DNA of 62,923 nt, the filler included, from Octopus bimaculoides (taxonomy: Eukaryota): NCBI RefSeq assembly GCF_001194135.2. It is 7 parts of 7 records of this genome, joined end to end, with 100 filler letters (N's around TTAATTAATTAA, not from the genome) between each part and the next. Parts side by side here need not be neighbours in the genome. Positions count along the whole stretch, not along the records: positions 60,339 to 62,923 come from NC_068985.1; 6 more parts are not named here. One strand, written 5' to 3'. This document shows, piece by piece, positions 62,562 through 62,923 of the stretch. Each line of letters opens with the position of its first letter. Position 1 is the first letter of the stretch. The notes under the pieces are model-generated. The model had not been told where the DNA came from. It did no database searches and was given only the letters and a program-made list of their open reading frames with translations. A program made the translations under genes and the position numbers.

Positions 62562-62891
62562 CTTTTATTCTTTTACTTGTTTCAGTCCTATGTCTGCGGC
62601 CATGCTGGAGTACCGCCTTAAAGGGTGTTATTCGAAGAAATCGACTACAGAACTTATTCTTTGTAAGCCTAGTACTTATTCTACCAGTTGTTTGGCCGAA
62701 CCGCTAAGTTACGGGGACATAAACACACAAGTATCGGTTATCAAGCGATGGCGGGAAGACAAACACAGACACGCACAAATTTATACACATGCATACATAT
62801 ATATATGTATGTTAACATACATATATATGTAGTTGGGAAGCAATCATGTGGTTGGGAGATAGCTTCTTACCACACAGCCACGCCTGCGCCT
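62562..62891 (-). mobile_element. Family A SINE with internal deletion next to the microsatellite
   Basis: Minus head GGCGCAGGCGTGGCTGTGTGGTAAG; body and tail intact; B-box region missing. Confidence 0.85.
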
Positions 62892-62923
62892 ATAAGTGTA
62901 TATATATATATATATATATATAT

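Overview
AT-rich, microsatellite-saturated animal genomic DNA. The SINE, RTE-LINE and microsatellite content points to an octopus or other coleoid cephalopod (inference, no database check). The window is not one contiguous locus: six identical artificial 100-bp spacers (44 N + TTAATTAATTAA + 44 N) join seven pieces. Contents: a 7.2-kb degenerate (ACGA/ACGT)n CpG-rich satellite with higher-order structure; many copies of three tRNA-like SINE families; decayed RTE, CR1, Penelope-like, Ty3/Gypsy and mariner elements; a hAT-like MITE; a 4.46-kb Helitron inserted exactly at an A|T in a CR1 reading frame; an ORF1-only LINE-like element; and two spliced exons of a kelch-repeat gene whose repeats resemble a bacterial-style kelch family. 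The strongest second-look signals are four minimal type I hammerhead-ribozyme-like motifs, a candidate array of 5-30-nt micro-exons, the kelch gene and several long hairpins. All gene, ribozyme and family calls were made by eye and need RNA-seq, profile searches or assays.
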